A stretch of 43,930 nt of DNA from a candidate division WOR-3 bacterium (GCA_965648915.1 CBFGIV010000016.1:1-43930); one strand, 5' to 3'. Positions 16,888 through 26,212 are shown, counted from the stretch's first letter. The notes: generated from the letters alone by a model not told the origin. A program made the numbers and translations.

Positions 16888-17172
16888 TTGACCGAACATA
16901 TAAAGCGGATTTCAGGCAAAAATATGGGCAAAATTATGCTTTATGCCCTGAGTACCTGTGTCTGGTGTCGAAAAACGAAAAATCTATTAGACGAACTCGG
17001 CGTTGAATACTCTTATATTGATGTTGATCTGCTTGAAGGTGAAGAGAAAGAGAAAGTCAAAAAAGAAATTGAAAAATGGAATCCCGCCTGCTCATTTCCC
17101 ACGATGGTAATAAATGACGAAAGATGTATCGTTGGATTTAAAGAAAAAGAAATAAAGGAGTTATTACATTAA
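16888..17172 (+). CDS. Glutaredoxin-family protein
   Basis: LYALSTCVWCRKTK, SFPT, IVGF; TTG start after AGGAGG. Confidence 0.9.
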   Translation: MTEHIKRISGKNMGKIMLYALSTCVWCRKTKNLLDELGVEYSYIDVDLLEGEEKEKVKKEIEKWNPACSFPTMVINDERCIVGFKEKEIKELLH

Positions 17173-17212
17173 CACAGCTGATAAAGAATAATCTGGGTTT
17201 GGAGGTTAAAAC

Positions 17213-17725
17213 ATGCCCGAAATCAAAAATCTCGTTACTGACGAAGAGGTTCAGAAACTCTACGAGAAACTAAACAAAGAGGCAGAGGAAGGTGGATACC
17301 ACCTTAACCCTGATATAGAATTTACAAAACAACTCGTGAAATCTTTAATCATAAATCAAAGGCGTTATGGTTATCACGCCTGCCCGTGCAGATTGGCTTC
17401 AGGAAAAAAAGAAGATGACCTTGATATTATCTGCCCCTGTGATTATCGAGATGCCGATGTCTTAGAATATGGTGCCTGTTATTGTGGTCTTTATGTTTCA
17501 GAAAAGATTCTTAAAGGCGAGATGCAATTACAATCAATACCAGAGAGGCGGCCACCAGAAGCGCAAAGAAAAAAAGAGAAAGCCACCCAGCAAAAAGTCT
17601 CTGCATCCCTCCCCTATCCGGTATGGCGCTGTAAAGTCTGTGGCTATTTATGTGCCCGTGAATCACCACCTGAGGTCTGCCCGATCTGCAAGGCAAAGAA
17701 GGACAGATTTGAAAGGTTTATGTAA
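17213..17725 (+). CDS. Ferredoxin:thioredoxin/disulfide reductase catalytic subunit fused to rubredoxin
   Basis: CPCR, CPC, CYC; C-terminal CKVC...CPIC. Confidence 0.92.
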   Translation: MPEIKNLVTDEEVQKLYEKLNKEAEEGGYHLNPDIEFTKQLVKSLIINQRRYGYHACPCRLASGKKEDDLDIICPCDYRDADVLEYGACYCGLYVSEKILKGEMQLQSIPERRPPEAQRKKEKATQQKVSASLPYPVWRCKVCGYLCARESPPEVCPICKAKKDRFERFM

Positions 17726-17749
17726 TTTAGTCAATTTCTTATTTTGGAC

Positions 17750-17777
17750 TTGACAATTCCAAAAATATATGTAAAAT
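17750..17777 (+). promoter_or_regulatory. sigma70 promoter, probably leaderless transcript
   Basis: TTGACA-N16-TAAAAT, ATG 6 nt downstream, no SD. Confidence 0.65.
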
Positions 17778-17783
17778 GGAAAT

Positions 17784-18926
17784 ATGTATTCCAGATTGAT
17801 AAAACCGCCTGAAAATAAAAGTTTCTTTTTATTCGGTCCACGTGGGACTGGTAAGACCACTTGGGTAAAATACAAATTCAACAAGGCTCTTTATCTCGAT
17901 CTATTAGAAGCAGAAATATTCATCGATTTATTGGCAAACCCGCAGCGTCTGGAAAAGTTTATTCCGAAGAATCATAGCGATTGGATAGTAATTGATGAGA
18001 TACAAAGAGTTCCCGAACTGCTCTATGAAGTCCATCGATTAATAGAAAAAAATCATTACAAATTTGTCTTAACCGGTTCGAACGCCCGCAAATTACGAAG
18101 GAAGGGACCAAATTTACTTGCTGGACGGGCACTAACTTTATATATGCATCCATTAAGTGCCCATGAACTTGGAAATGATTTCAATCTTGAACACTCTTTA
18201 AAGTTTGGAACTTTACCCTGTGTCTATACCGAATCTGATCCAAAGCGTTATTTAGAAAGTTATGTAAAAACTTATTTAGAAGAAGAAATCCGACAAGAAG
18301 GGCTAACACGAAATCTCAGTGCTTTCTCGCGCTTTTTTGAAAGCGCAAGTTTTTCTCAATCCTCAGTATTGAATATTTCGGAAGTTGCGCGTGAATGTGC
18401 AGTTGAAAGGAAAAGTATTGAAAACTGGTTTGCAGTGCTGGAAGACCTTCTTATTGCATATCGATTACCGGTTTTTTCAAAACGAGCAAAGAGGCGCTTA
18501 GTCCACCATCCAAAGTTCTTTTTATTTGATGTGGGAGTATATCGAACTTTACGACCGATGGGTCCACTTGATGTGCCTGAAGAGGTTGAGGGGGTTGCGT
18601 GTGAAACCTTGCTGTTGCAAGAAATCATCGCCCTTAATGATAGCTTGAACCTTGGTTATAAGATATATTACTGGAAGACCGCAAATGGTATTGAGGTTGA
18701 CCTGGTGTTATATGGACAAAAAGGTATCATTGCATTGGAAGTCAAACGCGGATACCGCATTTCAAGAGCGATGTTTAGAGGTTTAAAAACATTCTTAAAG
18801 GACTATCCCGAGGCGAGGGCATATTTTGTCTATGGAGGCGAGCGTATTCTTAGAGAAGAAGCCATTGAAGTTGTGCCTTTAAAGACCTTTATCCACAATT
18901 TACCCAAAATTTTAGAGAAACCATAA
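17784..18926 (+). CDS. AAA+ ATPase (AAA_14 + DUF4143)
   Basis: GPRGTGKT, IDEIQ, LTGS, LAGRA, DVG, EVD...EVK. Confidence 0.88.
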   Translation: MYSRLIKPPENKSFFLFGPRGTGKTTWVKYKFNKALYLDLLEAEIFIDLLANPQRLEKFIPKNHSDWIVIDEIQRVPELLYEVHRLIEKNHYKFVLTGSNARKLRRKGPNLLAGRALTLYMHPLSAHELGNDFNLEHSLKFGTLPCVYTESDPKRYLESYVKTYLEEEIRQEGLTRNLSAFSRFFESASFSQSSVLNISEVARECAVERKSIENWFAVLEDLLIAYRLPVFSKRAKRRLVHHPKFFLFDVGVYRTLRPMGPLDVPEEVEGVACETLLLQEIIALNDSLNLGYKIYYWKTANGIEVDLVLYGQKGIIALEVKRGYRISRAMFRGLKTFLKDYPEARAYFVYGGERILREEAIEVVPLKTFIHNLPKILEKP

Positions 18927-19033
18927 AGTCTAAAACCCAGCGTTCATATTCAATGCTTCCCAGTCAAAAAAACAAAATAAAAAGTCCGTCAAAATCTTCT
19001 ATCTCAAAAAAATACCATAATACTCTCATTTAT

Positions 19034-19073
19034 CCAACCATAAAACCATCTAACCATTCAACTATCCAACCAT
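19034..19073 (+). repeat. Five degenerate 8-bp tandem repeats (NNAACCAT)
   Basis: ccaaccat aaaaccat ctaaccat tcaactat ccaaccat. Confidence 0.6.
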
Positions 19074-19162
19074 TATACGACTGTAAGATTATCAGACTTT
19101 CTGACTAAACCTTTCCCCCTTGATATTGTCTAATATATGGTTAAAAAAATTTTATTATTGAA

Positions 19163-19615
19163 ATGATTTCAAACTTAAAACAAATTAAAGAAATATTAAA
19201 GAAGGTTGGCTTAAGACCCACTTATCAACGGATTAGAATTCTTGAAACCCTTTATAAATTCCGTTACAGACATCCTACTGTTGAGAAAATATACAATGAA
19301 CTCAAAGATGAATTACCTGTTATCTCAATGACCACTGTCTATAATACGATGAATGCTATGCTTGAGAAAAAGATGCTACAGGCATTGACGATTACCGGTG
19401 TTGATATTCATTATGACCCCTACCTTGAGTCCCATCACCATTTCTATTGTAATAGTTGCCATAAAATTTATGACATTGACATTAAATGTCCTCTTAAGAA
19501 TGAGGACAAAGCAATCATTAACGGACATAAAATTGAGGAGGTGCATGGGTATTTTAAGGGGATATGTAAAAACTGTCTGAAGAAAGGGGAAAAAGATGGT
19601 CGGGAATCTAAATAA
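19163..19615 (+). CDS. Fur-family regulator, PerR-like
   Basis: TYQR..IL, HPTVE, TVYNT, HHHFYCNSC...D, CKNC; sits among oxidative-stress genes. Confidence 0.9.
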   Translation: MISNLKQIKEILKKVGLRPTYQRIRILETLYKFRYRHPTVEKIYNELKDELPVISMTTVYNTMNAMLEKKMLQALTITGVDIHYDPYLESHHHFYCNSCHKIYDIDIKCPLKNEDKAIINGHKIEEVHGYFKGICKNCLKKGEKDGRESK

Positions 19616-20786
19616 AGAAGAAAAGAAAAAGTTAATAAGAGAGATTATTTTAAGCCTCCATAAAGGACTCTCTCCTGAGGAGGCCAAGAATAGAATAGAA
19701 AAAGAGGTCGGTCAGATTACTTCTTATGAGATTGCCGAGATTGAACAGTCATTGATAGATGAAGGAGTCTCTCCGGATGAGATAAAGAAATTCTGCAATG
19801 TCCATACTATGCTATTTGAGTCTATACTAAAAGAAGAGATTGGCAAAATTGAATCTTCTGCCCATCCTGTCCATCTGTTCAAGATGGAGAATTTTGAAAT
19901 AAAAAAGATACTTGAAGAAATGAAACAGGCGATCGCAAAGCGCGATATCTCCAGCACAAGAGAGAAACTTGCAAGATTGAGAGACATTGAAATTCATTAT
20001 ACAAGAAAAGAGCAATTGCTCTTTCCCTTTCTTGAGCGATATGGGTTTTTTGGACCCTCAAAGGTTATGTGGGAAAAAGATAATGAAATAAGGGAACTAT
20101 TGAAGAATGCAATTTCAAAGATCGAATCCATAGAGTTTGATGAATATACAAAAAAATATCTCAATCCCCTGATTGAAGAGGTAGATGGTATGATATTTAA
20201 GGAAGAGAATATCCTCTTCCCTACATCAATGGAGAAACTGAAACTTGAAGACTGGATTGAAATATTAAAAGAGAGTCCCCAGGTAGGGTATGCATATATT
20301 AAACCGCCGGATAATATTGATGCGATGATCCAGGAATTGAAAAGGACATCAGGTGAACTGCCCGAATTAAAGACAACAAGAATCACAATGCCTTCAGGAA
20401 ACTTGAGCCTTGAGGAGTTGATAAACCTTTTGAATACCCTGCCCGTAGATATTACATTCGTTGACAAAGATGATACGGTTAAATACTTTTCTGAAGGTAA
20501 GGACCGAATTTTTGTCAGAACCAGGGCAGTTATCGGCAGAAAGGTCCAGAACTGCCATCCACCCCAGAGTGTTGATAAAGTAGAAAGAATCCTCTCAGAT
20601 TTCAAACAGGGGAAAAGAGATATTGCCGCGTTCTGGATAAATCTTAAAGGTCGTCTTATCCACATAAGATATTTTGCAGTAAGAAATCAAAACAAGGAAT
20701 ATCTCGGCACATTAGAGGTCACCCAGGATATTACTGATATAAAGAAACTTGAAGGTGAAAAGAGGTTGCTTGATGAAGGAAATTGA
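19596..20786 (+). CDS. DUF438 + hemerythrin + PAS_10 protein
   Basis: FCNVH, HPVH.F..EN, HY.RKE..LFP, M.FKEE.ILFP, NCHPP, LEVTQD. Confidence 0.88.
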   Translation: MVGNLNKEEKKKLIREIILSLHKGLSPEEAKNRIEKEVGQITSYEIAEIEQSLIDEGVSPDEIKKFCNVHTMLFESILKEEIGKIESSAHPVHLFKMENFEIKKILEEMKQAIAKRDISSTREKLARLRDIEIHYTRKEQLLFPFLERYGFFGPSKVMWEKDNEIRELLKNAISKIESIEFDEYTKKYLNPLIEEVDGMIFKEENILFPTSMEKLKLEDWIEILKESPQVGYAYIKPPDNIDAMIQELKRTSGELPELKTTRITMPSGNLSLEELINLLNTLPVDITFVDKDDTVKYFSEGKDRIFVRTRAVIGRKVQNCHPPQSVDKVERILSDFKQGKRDIAAFWINLKGRLIHIRYFAVRNQNKEYLGTLEVTQDITDIKKLEGEKRLLDEGN

Positions 20787-21009
20787 CTTAAATAAAAGTG
20801 TCTATGACTTAACCAGCATGTATCCAGAACTCATAGAAATACTTGGTGAACTCGGCTTTGACGGGGTAAAGAATCCAATTGCAAGAAACACGGTCGGTCG
20901 GCTCACAACACTGAAACAGGGCTGTGAGAAACTTGGCAAGGATTTGAATGAAGTAATAAAGATATTAAAAGAAAAAGGATTTGAATGTAAAGGAGGTAAA
21001 AATGCCTAA
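20773..21009 (+). CDS. DUF1858 domain protein
   Basis: [10 protein letters not shown]...YPEL..IL.ELGF..V.NP..R.T.GR..TL..G. Confidence 0.8.
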   Translation: MKEIDLNKSVYDLTSMYPELIEILGELGFDGVKNPIARNTVGRLTTLKQGCEKLGKDLNEVIKILKEKGFECKGGKNA

Positions 21010-21127
21010 TGTCACCGAAGTTGGTCAGGTCTTTAAATGCGAAATATGTGGTAATGTCGTTGAGGTTAAAGAGGTTGGCGGCGGTGAACTGGTGTGCTGT
21101 GGCAAACCGATGACCCTTGTGAAGTAA
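21002..21127 (+). CDS. 41-aa desulforedoxin (FeCys4 domain; not in ORF track)
   Basis: [49 protein letters not shown]. Confidence 0.93.
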   Translation: MPNVTEVGQVFKCEICGNVVEVKEVGGGELVCCGKPMTLVK

Positions 21128-21143
21128 CGACAATGCAAATTCT

Positions 21144-21270
21144 AAATCCGAAGCACGAAATCCGAAACAAATTCCAAATAAAAAAATCCAATGCCTTAGA
21201 CTTTGTTTGGAATTTTTGTCATTGGAAATTCGAAAATTGTTTCGGATTTAGATATTGGAATTTCGGATTT
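21144..21270. repeat. Long imperfect palindromic intergenic element built from AAATCCG-type heptamers
   Basis: 13-bp perfect IR 21158-21170/21237-21249; outer IR 21144-21152/21262-21270. Confidence 0.7.
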
Positions 21271-21313
21271 TCAAATTACAGGGTTGTTCAGTGCCTACTA
21301 AGAAGGATATACG

Positions 21314-21745
21314 GTGAAGAAACCTAAAGTTTTGTTCTTATGCTACCATAATTCTGCCCGAAGCCAGATGGCAGAAGGCCTTTTAAGGAACCTTGCGGGA
21401 GATACATTTGATGTTTATAGTGCAGGAATAGAGCCAACCGAGGTTCATCCGATGGCGATTCGGGCGATGAAAGAAATCGGTATTGATATTTCAAGCCAGA
21501 AATCAAAATCTGCGACAAATTATTTAAGCGAACACTTTGGCTATATCATTACGGTTTGCGATGATGCAAAAGAAAAATGTCCGGTATTCCCCGGAATTGC
21601 AATTAGGCTCCACTGGCCATTTGAAGACCCGGCATTGGCTTCGGGTAGTGAAGAAGAGAAATTAAAGGTCTTCCGAAAAGTAAGAGACAAGATTAAAGAA
21701 AAAATAGTTGATTGGCTGAAAGATATGGAAAAAGAAATTAAATAA
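21314..21745 (+). CDS. arsC: Thioredoxin-coupled arsenate reductase (LMW-PTP fold)
   Basis: CYHNSARSQMAEG, ITVCD....CP.FP, HWPFEDP, F..VRD. Confidence 0.9.
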   Translation: MKKPKVLFLCYHNSARSQMAEGLLRNLAGDTFDVYSAGIEPTEVHPMAIRAMKEIGIDISSQKSKSATNYLSEHFGYIITVCDDAKEKCPVFPGIAIRLHWPFEDPALASGSEEEKLKVFRKVRDKIKEKIVDWLKDMEKEIK

Positions 21746-21749
21746 GATT

Positions 21750-21830
21750 ATCCTCTCCCTTGACGGGTGAGGATTAAGGTGAGGGTGATAAAATTGGTTA
21801 CCCCTCACCCTTACCCTCCTGCAAGGGAGA
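21750..21830. repeat. CCCTC-type REP doublet
   Basis: TCCTCTCCCTTGACGGGTGAGGATTAAGGTGAGGGTGA with inverted partner CCCCTCACCCTTACCCTCCTGCAAGGGAGA. Confidence 0.7.
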
Positions 21831-21859
21831 AAAATCTAATCTATATACAAGGAGGTCTT

Positions 21860-22252
21860 ATGGATATAACAAATCTGTTCCAGTCTGCCGACTGGAAAAA
21901 AGAAAAACATGTGCCGGTAATAGAGGCACCACAAAAAGTAAAAAAGGGTGAAAATTTTAAAGTCACGGTGAGTGTCGGTAAAGAGATCGCCCATCCCAAT
22001 ACAACCGAGCATCATATCGCCTGGATTGATGTCTATTTCCATCCTGATGGTGAAAAATTCCCTTATCAAATTGGCAAATTTGAATTTCTGGCGCATGGTG
22101 CATCAACAAATGGTCCGAATACGAGCACAGTCTACACCCATCCTGAGGTAACACTTACTTTTAAGACTGATAAACCCGGAACCATAATTGCCTTCTCTTA
22201 TTGTAATATCCACGGCTTATGGCAGAATTCACAGGAGATGAAGGTTGCGTAG
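21860..22252 (+). CDS. sor: Superoxide reductase (neelaredoxin-type, 1Fe-SOR)
   Basis: EKHVP, HPNTTEHHIAWI, CNIHG; ATG after GGAGG (track start 21767 lies in a REP). Confidence 0.93.
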   Translation: MDITNLFQSADWKKEKHVPVIEAPQKVKKGENFKVTVSVGKEIAHPNTTEHHIAWIDVYFHPDGEKFPYQIGKFEFLAHGASTNGPNTSTVYTHPEVTLTFKTDKPGTIIAFSYCNIHGLWQNSQEMKVA

Positions 22253-22257
22253 CAGTG

Positions 22258-22330
22258 CCCTCACCCTTCCCTCTACCTTGGAGGGAGAGGATTAAGAGCC
22301 TGCCCTGAATTCATTTCAGGGTGAGGGTGA
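22258..22330. repeat. CCCTC-type REP carrying a nested 24-bp hairpin insertion (22297-22320)
   Basis: Matches the 21750 copy except for AGCCTGCCCTGAATTCATTTCAGG between GGATTAAG and GTGAGGGTGA. Confidence 0.7.
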
Positions 22331-22342
22331 AGGGAGGTTAAA

Positions 22343-22846
22343 ATGAAGAAAATGACTGAAAAAGCATTATTAGAAGCGTTCGCTGGAGAGTCAATGGCGC
22401 ATATGAAATATCTAATCTTCAGCGAAATTGCTGAAAAAGAGGGATTGCCAAATGTTGCCAGGCTTTTTAAGGCAATCGCTTATGCAGAACAGGTGCATGC
22501 CACAAACCATGCAAAAAATTTAGGGATAACAAAAAAAACACCGGATAATCTCCAGACCGGTATTGATGGCGAGACATACGAGGTTGAAGAGATGTATCCG
22601 GTATTCAATAATACTGCTAAATTTCAGAATGAAAAAGGTGCAGAACAATCAACCCATTATGCACTTGAGGCAGAAAAAATTCATATGAAGATGTATGCGG
22701 ATGCCAAGACAAGCGCGGAGAAGAAAAAGGACATTGATATAAAAGAAATCTACATCTGCCCTATCTGTGGCTTCACCCATATTGGTAAACCACCTGAATA
22801 CTGTCCGGTCTGTGGTGCACCGAATGGTAAGTTTAAAAAGTTTTAA
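22343..22846 (+). CDS. rbr: Rubrerythrin
   Basis: AFAGES.A..KY, AEQVHA, GETYE..EMYP, AEKIH, CPICG...CPVCG. Confidence 0.95.
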   Translation: MKKMTEKALLEAFAGESMAHMKYLIFSEIAEKEGLPNVARLFKAIAYAEQVHATNHAKNLGITKKTPDNLQTGIDGETYEVEEMYPVFNNTAKFQNEKGAEQSTHYALEAEKIHMKMYADAKTSAEKKKDIDIKEIYICPICGFTHIGKPPEYCPVCGAPNGKFKKF

Positions 22847-22910
22847 GTATCATCGAATCAGAAAAATGTACTTTCTCTTTTTTTCTCTGAGAAGTCAATA
22901 AGGAGGCAAG

Positions 22911-23414
22911 ATGAGGAAAAAGATAAGAAGAGTCAAAAGAACTGTTCCCAGCATCAATCGGTTATTAGTTATTGCACTCAATGCCGAGAAGAAAGCACGG
23001 GAGTTCTACTTGAATGCAGCGGCGCAGGCCGGGAGCGACACCGGCAAGAATATGTTCAAAGAACTTGCCGATTTTGAGGCCCGGCATTATAAGTATGTAA
23101 ATAGTATCATCAATGCCCGGAAAAATAAAATTGATCTTAATTCAATCCGATTTACGCATGCAGCCAAAGAAGCCAAACCTGAAGTTAGTGGTGAATTTGA
23201 ACCCAATAAAGATGAAATCATCGCTGTGCTTAATATGGGAATTAAGGGAGAAAAGATGGCGCAACAGAGATACCTGAAGATTGCCCACCGGATTAGAGAA
23301 AAAGAAGGGCAGAGAATCTTTGAGGGACTGGCTGAAGATGAGCGGAGGCATCTGGCTGTGTTAGAATCAGAACTCTACCACCTCTCCAATAAAGGAACCA
23401 TAATCTGGGAATAA
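22911..23414 (+). CDS. Ferritin-like/rubrerythrin diiron domain protein
   Basis: E..A..FY, LADFEARH, LAEDERRH. Confidence 0.85.
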   Translation: MRKKIRRVKRTVPSINRLLVIALNAEKKAREFYLNAAAQAGSDTGKNMFKELADFEARHYKYVNSIINARKNKIDLNSIRFTHAAKEAKPEVSGEFEPNKDEIIAVLNMGIKGEKMAQQRYLKIAHRIREKEGQRIFEGLAEDERRHLAVLESELYHLSNKGTIIWE

Positions 23415-23453
23415 TAAGATTTATGGAATTGGACAATGTAATCTCACTGTAAA

Positions 23454-24014
23454 ATGGATGTTATTGAGGCGATAAAAAATCGGCGTGCCTATCGGTCATT
23501 GGAACCGATAGAAATTACTAAAGAGTTAGTTGAAGACCCCGCTAACTCTGCAAGATTATTCTGTTCCTGTTTCAACAACCAACCCTGACGTTATGTTTTT
23601 GTTTATGATAAAACCATTCTGACTGCATTACATTCAGCGCTATCGCAGGGTAATGAATGGGCACAATCCGCAAGCATGATTATTACGGTCTTCAGTAAAC
23701 CTGAATTTGACTACATAATGAAAGATGGCAGGAGATATTATCTATTTGATACGGGAATGGCAACTGCGGCAATGATATTGCGGGCGACGGAACTGGGGCT
23801 TGTCGCCCATCCTATTGCAGGCTACAATCAACAAAAGGTGAAAGGAATCTTGAAAATTCCCGAAGATATGGAAGTTATAACCCTTATAATTGTTGGTAAA
23901 CATTCTGATAAAATAAATCCAGTTCTCTCCGAAAAACAGATTGAGGTAGAAAAGAATAGACCGGAAAGATTACCATTAGAAAAATTCATATGGCACAATC
24001 AATATCAAAGTTAG
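23454..24014 (+). pseudogene. Nitroreductase-family gene with nonsense TGA (23586-23588) at the conserved Trp
   Basis: MDVIEAIKNRRAYRSL...SCFNNQP*RYVFV continues in frame into track ORF 23676-24014 (FDTGMA, ATELGLVAHPIAG). Confidence 0.8.
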
Positions 24015-24919
24015 ACTGCCAAAAATTCTGTCAGGCACTCCTTGAAAATCTAAATAGCGGTGTCTATTTTGTTGATTTTGATAGAAAGATAACATACTGG
24101 AATAAAAAGGCAGAAGAGATAACCGGCTATAAACAGGAAGAAGTCATAGGTAAGGGATGCAAAGACAAATTTCTTTTGCATATTAATGAAGAAGGTAAAC
24201 AATGTTGTGATGATCCAGAACTCTGTCCAATAATGAAAACACAGATTACCAAAAGCCCTTATGAAACAAATTTGTATTTTAAACATCGTGATGGCTACCG
24301 GGTTCTGGTACATATAAAAGCATTTCCAGTATTTGATGAAAATCAGGATATTATCGGTGCCATAGAGATATTTTATGACGATAAAGAGAAGAATGAACTA
24401 AGCCTGCGTATTCAGGAACTTGAAAAACTTGCCCTGATTGACAGCTTGACCAAAATTGCCAATCGAAGACTGATTGAGATTACTTTGAGTTCAAGATTGA
24501 ACGAATTTAGGAGACTTGGCTGGCAATTTGGTTTATTATTTATTGATATAGACCATTTTAAAAAGGTGAATGACCAATATGGCCACGAAGTTGGCGACCG
24601 CGTCTTAAAAATGGTTGCCAATACACTCTTGAGAAACGCAAGGTCTTTTGACCTGGTTGGCCGCTGGGGAGGAGAAGAGTTTATTGTTATTCTTCCATAT
24701 ATGAATGAAAAACGTCTTTATTCCGTGGCCCGTAAATTTAAAGATTTAATTTTTCAGTCGAATTTAGTTGTTAATTCGAAACTACTGAATGTTACTGTTT
24801 CGGTCGGGGCGACACTGGTTAGAAAAAAGGATACGCTAAAGACGATAATTAATCGGGCCGATCGATTGATGTATGAAAGCAAAAAGCATGGGCGAAATCT
24901 TATTACAGTTGATTTTTAA
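23990..24919 (+). CDS. PAS-GGDEF diguanylate cyclase
   Basis: PAS (WNKKAEEITGY), DIDHFKKVND.YGH..GD, RSFD I-site, GGEEF. Confidence 0.92.
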   Translation: MAQSISKLDCQKFCQALLENLNSGVYFVDFDRKITYWNKKAEEITGYKQEEVIGKGCKDKFLLHINEEGKQCCDDPELCPIMKTQITKSPYETNLYFKHRDGYRVLVHIKAFPVFDENQDIIGAIEIFYDDKEKNELSLRIQELEKLALIDSLTKIANRRLIEITLSSRLNEFRRLGWQFGLLFIDIDHFKKVNDQYGHEVGDRVLKMVANTLLRNARSFDLVGRWGGEEFIVILPYMNEKRLYSVARKFKDLIFQSNLVVNSKLLNVTVSVGATLVRKKDTLKTIINRADRLMYESKKHGRNLITVDF

Positions 24920-24962
24920 TTTTGCCCTGATTGTTAGTTAAAAATTAATAGTGAGGCGAAAT

Positions 24963-26198
24963 ATGAGGCAAGTCTATCTTGACAACCATTCAGCAACGCG
25001 CATTGATGATAGAGTTTTGGAAAAAATGCTCCCCTACTTAAAAGAGGACTACGGTAATGCGCAGAGTATGCATAAGTTGGGCAATTGGGCAAGAGATGCA
25101 CTGGAAAAAGCACGGGATCAGGTGGCTCGACTCATCAATGCCAAACCAGTTGAGATATATTTTACCTCCTGTGGTTCAGAGTCAAATAATCTCGCTCTTA
25201 AGGGAGTTGCCCAGGCCTACAATGATAAAGGTCGGCATATTATTGTCTCCAGTATCGAGCATTTTTCCGTACTCCACACAGCTCGACGGCTGGGCCAGCA
25301 GGGATATGAGATAACTTACATACCAGTAGATCAGTCCGGTACAGTCAATCCTGAAGATGTAAAGAGGGCGATCCGGAAAGATACAATTCTAATTTCAGTT
25401 CAACACGCCAATCCGGAGATTGGAACGATCGAACCGATTGAAATGATTGGTGCGATTGCGCATGAACAGGGGGTGTTATTCCATACAGACGCAATCGCTA
25501 CTTGCGGGCAGATACCGGTTGATGTCAATAAACTTAATGTTGATCTCCTGAGCCTCTCAGGCTCACAATTCTACGGGCCGAAAGGGGCCGCAGCGCTTTA
25601 TGTTAAAAAGGGTATCCGAATTATCCCTCAGATTGACGGTGGTATCCAGGAAAATGGCCGCAGGGCAGGAACTGAGAACATCCCGGCTATTGTTGGTTTT
25701 GGCGAGGCCTGCGCAATTGCACAACAAGAGATGGAGGAAAATTATAAAAAGATGATAAAATTGCGTGAACGTCTAATTAATGAGTTACCGATCAAGGTTG
25801 AATATCTCTATTTAAATGGAGACTTGAAAAATCGAATGCCCAATAATGTCAATTTTTCAGTTGAGTTTATTGAAGGTGAGGGGCTATTGCTTTTGCTCAA
25901 CGAAATCGGTATCTATGTGTCGAGTGCCTCAGCCTGCGCTTCAAAGGCATTGAAGATGTCGCATGTCCTCACGGCAATAAATGTCGATCCGGCCATTGGT
26001 CAGGGGACAATCCTTATAACCTTATCAAAATATAATACCGAAGAAGATGTTGATTATGTTCTTGAGCAATTACCTCCGATTGTCAAAAAGCTCCGGGGTA
26101 TCTCACCTCTCTATGCGTATTTCTTAAAGACTGGCAAACGACAGAAGGCAGGGCCGGGAACAGATTATGAACATCACCACGACTATGAAGAGAATTGA
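24963..26198 (+). CDS. iscS: IscS/NifS-family protein lacking the PLP lysine (SGSQFYGPKG)
   Basis: YLDN.SAT, SESNN, IEH, N.EIG, R.GTEN, SSASACAS catalytic Cys. Confidence 0.85.
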   Translation: MRQVYLDNHSATRIDDRVLEKMLPYLKEDYGNAQSMHKLGNWARDALEKARDQVARLINAKPVEIYFTSCGSESNNLALKGVAQAYNDKGRHIIVSSIEHFSVLHTARRLGQQGYEITYIPVDQSGTVNPEDVKRAIRKDTILISVQHANPEIGTIEPIEMIGAIAHEQGVLFHTDAIATCGQIPVDVNKLNVDLLSLSGSQFYGPKGAAALYVKKGIRIIPQIDGGIQENGRRAGTENIPAIVGFGEACAIAQQEMEENYKKMIKLRERLINELPIKVEYLYLNGDLKNRMPNNVNFSVEFIEGEGLLLLLNEIGIYVSSASACASKALKMSHVLTAINVDPAIGQGTILITLSKYNTEEDVDYVLEQLPPIVKKLRGISPLYAYFLKTGKRQKAGPGTDYEHHHDYEEN

Positions 26199-26212
26199 AC
26201 CGGGAATATGAT

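Noticed and set aside
21094..21327. 77-aa ORF in the track
   Set aside because: It is a translation of the heptamer palindrome and overlaps the real desulforedoxin gene
21767..21859. N-terminal extension of SOR (also extensions at 14063, 16846, 30112 and 33415)
   Set aside because: These run through REPs, promoters or neighbouring genes; better starts with SD or homology lie downstream
113..23588. Genome-wide TGA reassignment (code 4/25) suggested by two in-frame TGAs
   Set aside because: Many intact genes end in TGA at their natural C-termini (5876, 10742, 13994, 26198, 27400, 37500), and Trp is encoded by TGG throughout
23586..23640. Selenocysteine in the nitroreductase
   Set aside because: TGA aligns with a conserved Trp, not Cys, and only a weak AT-rich hairpin follows
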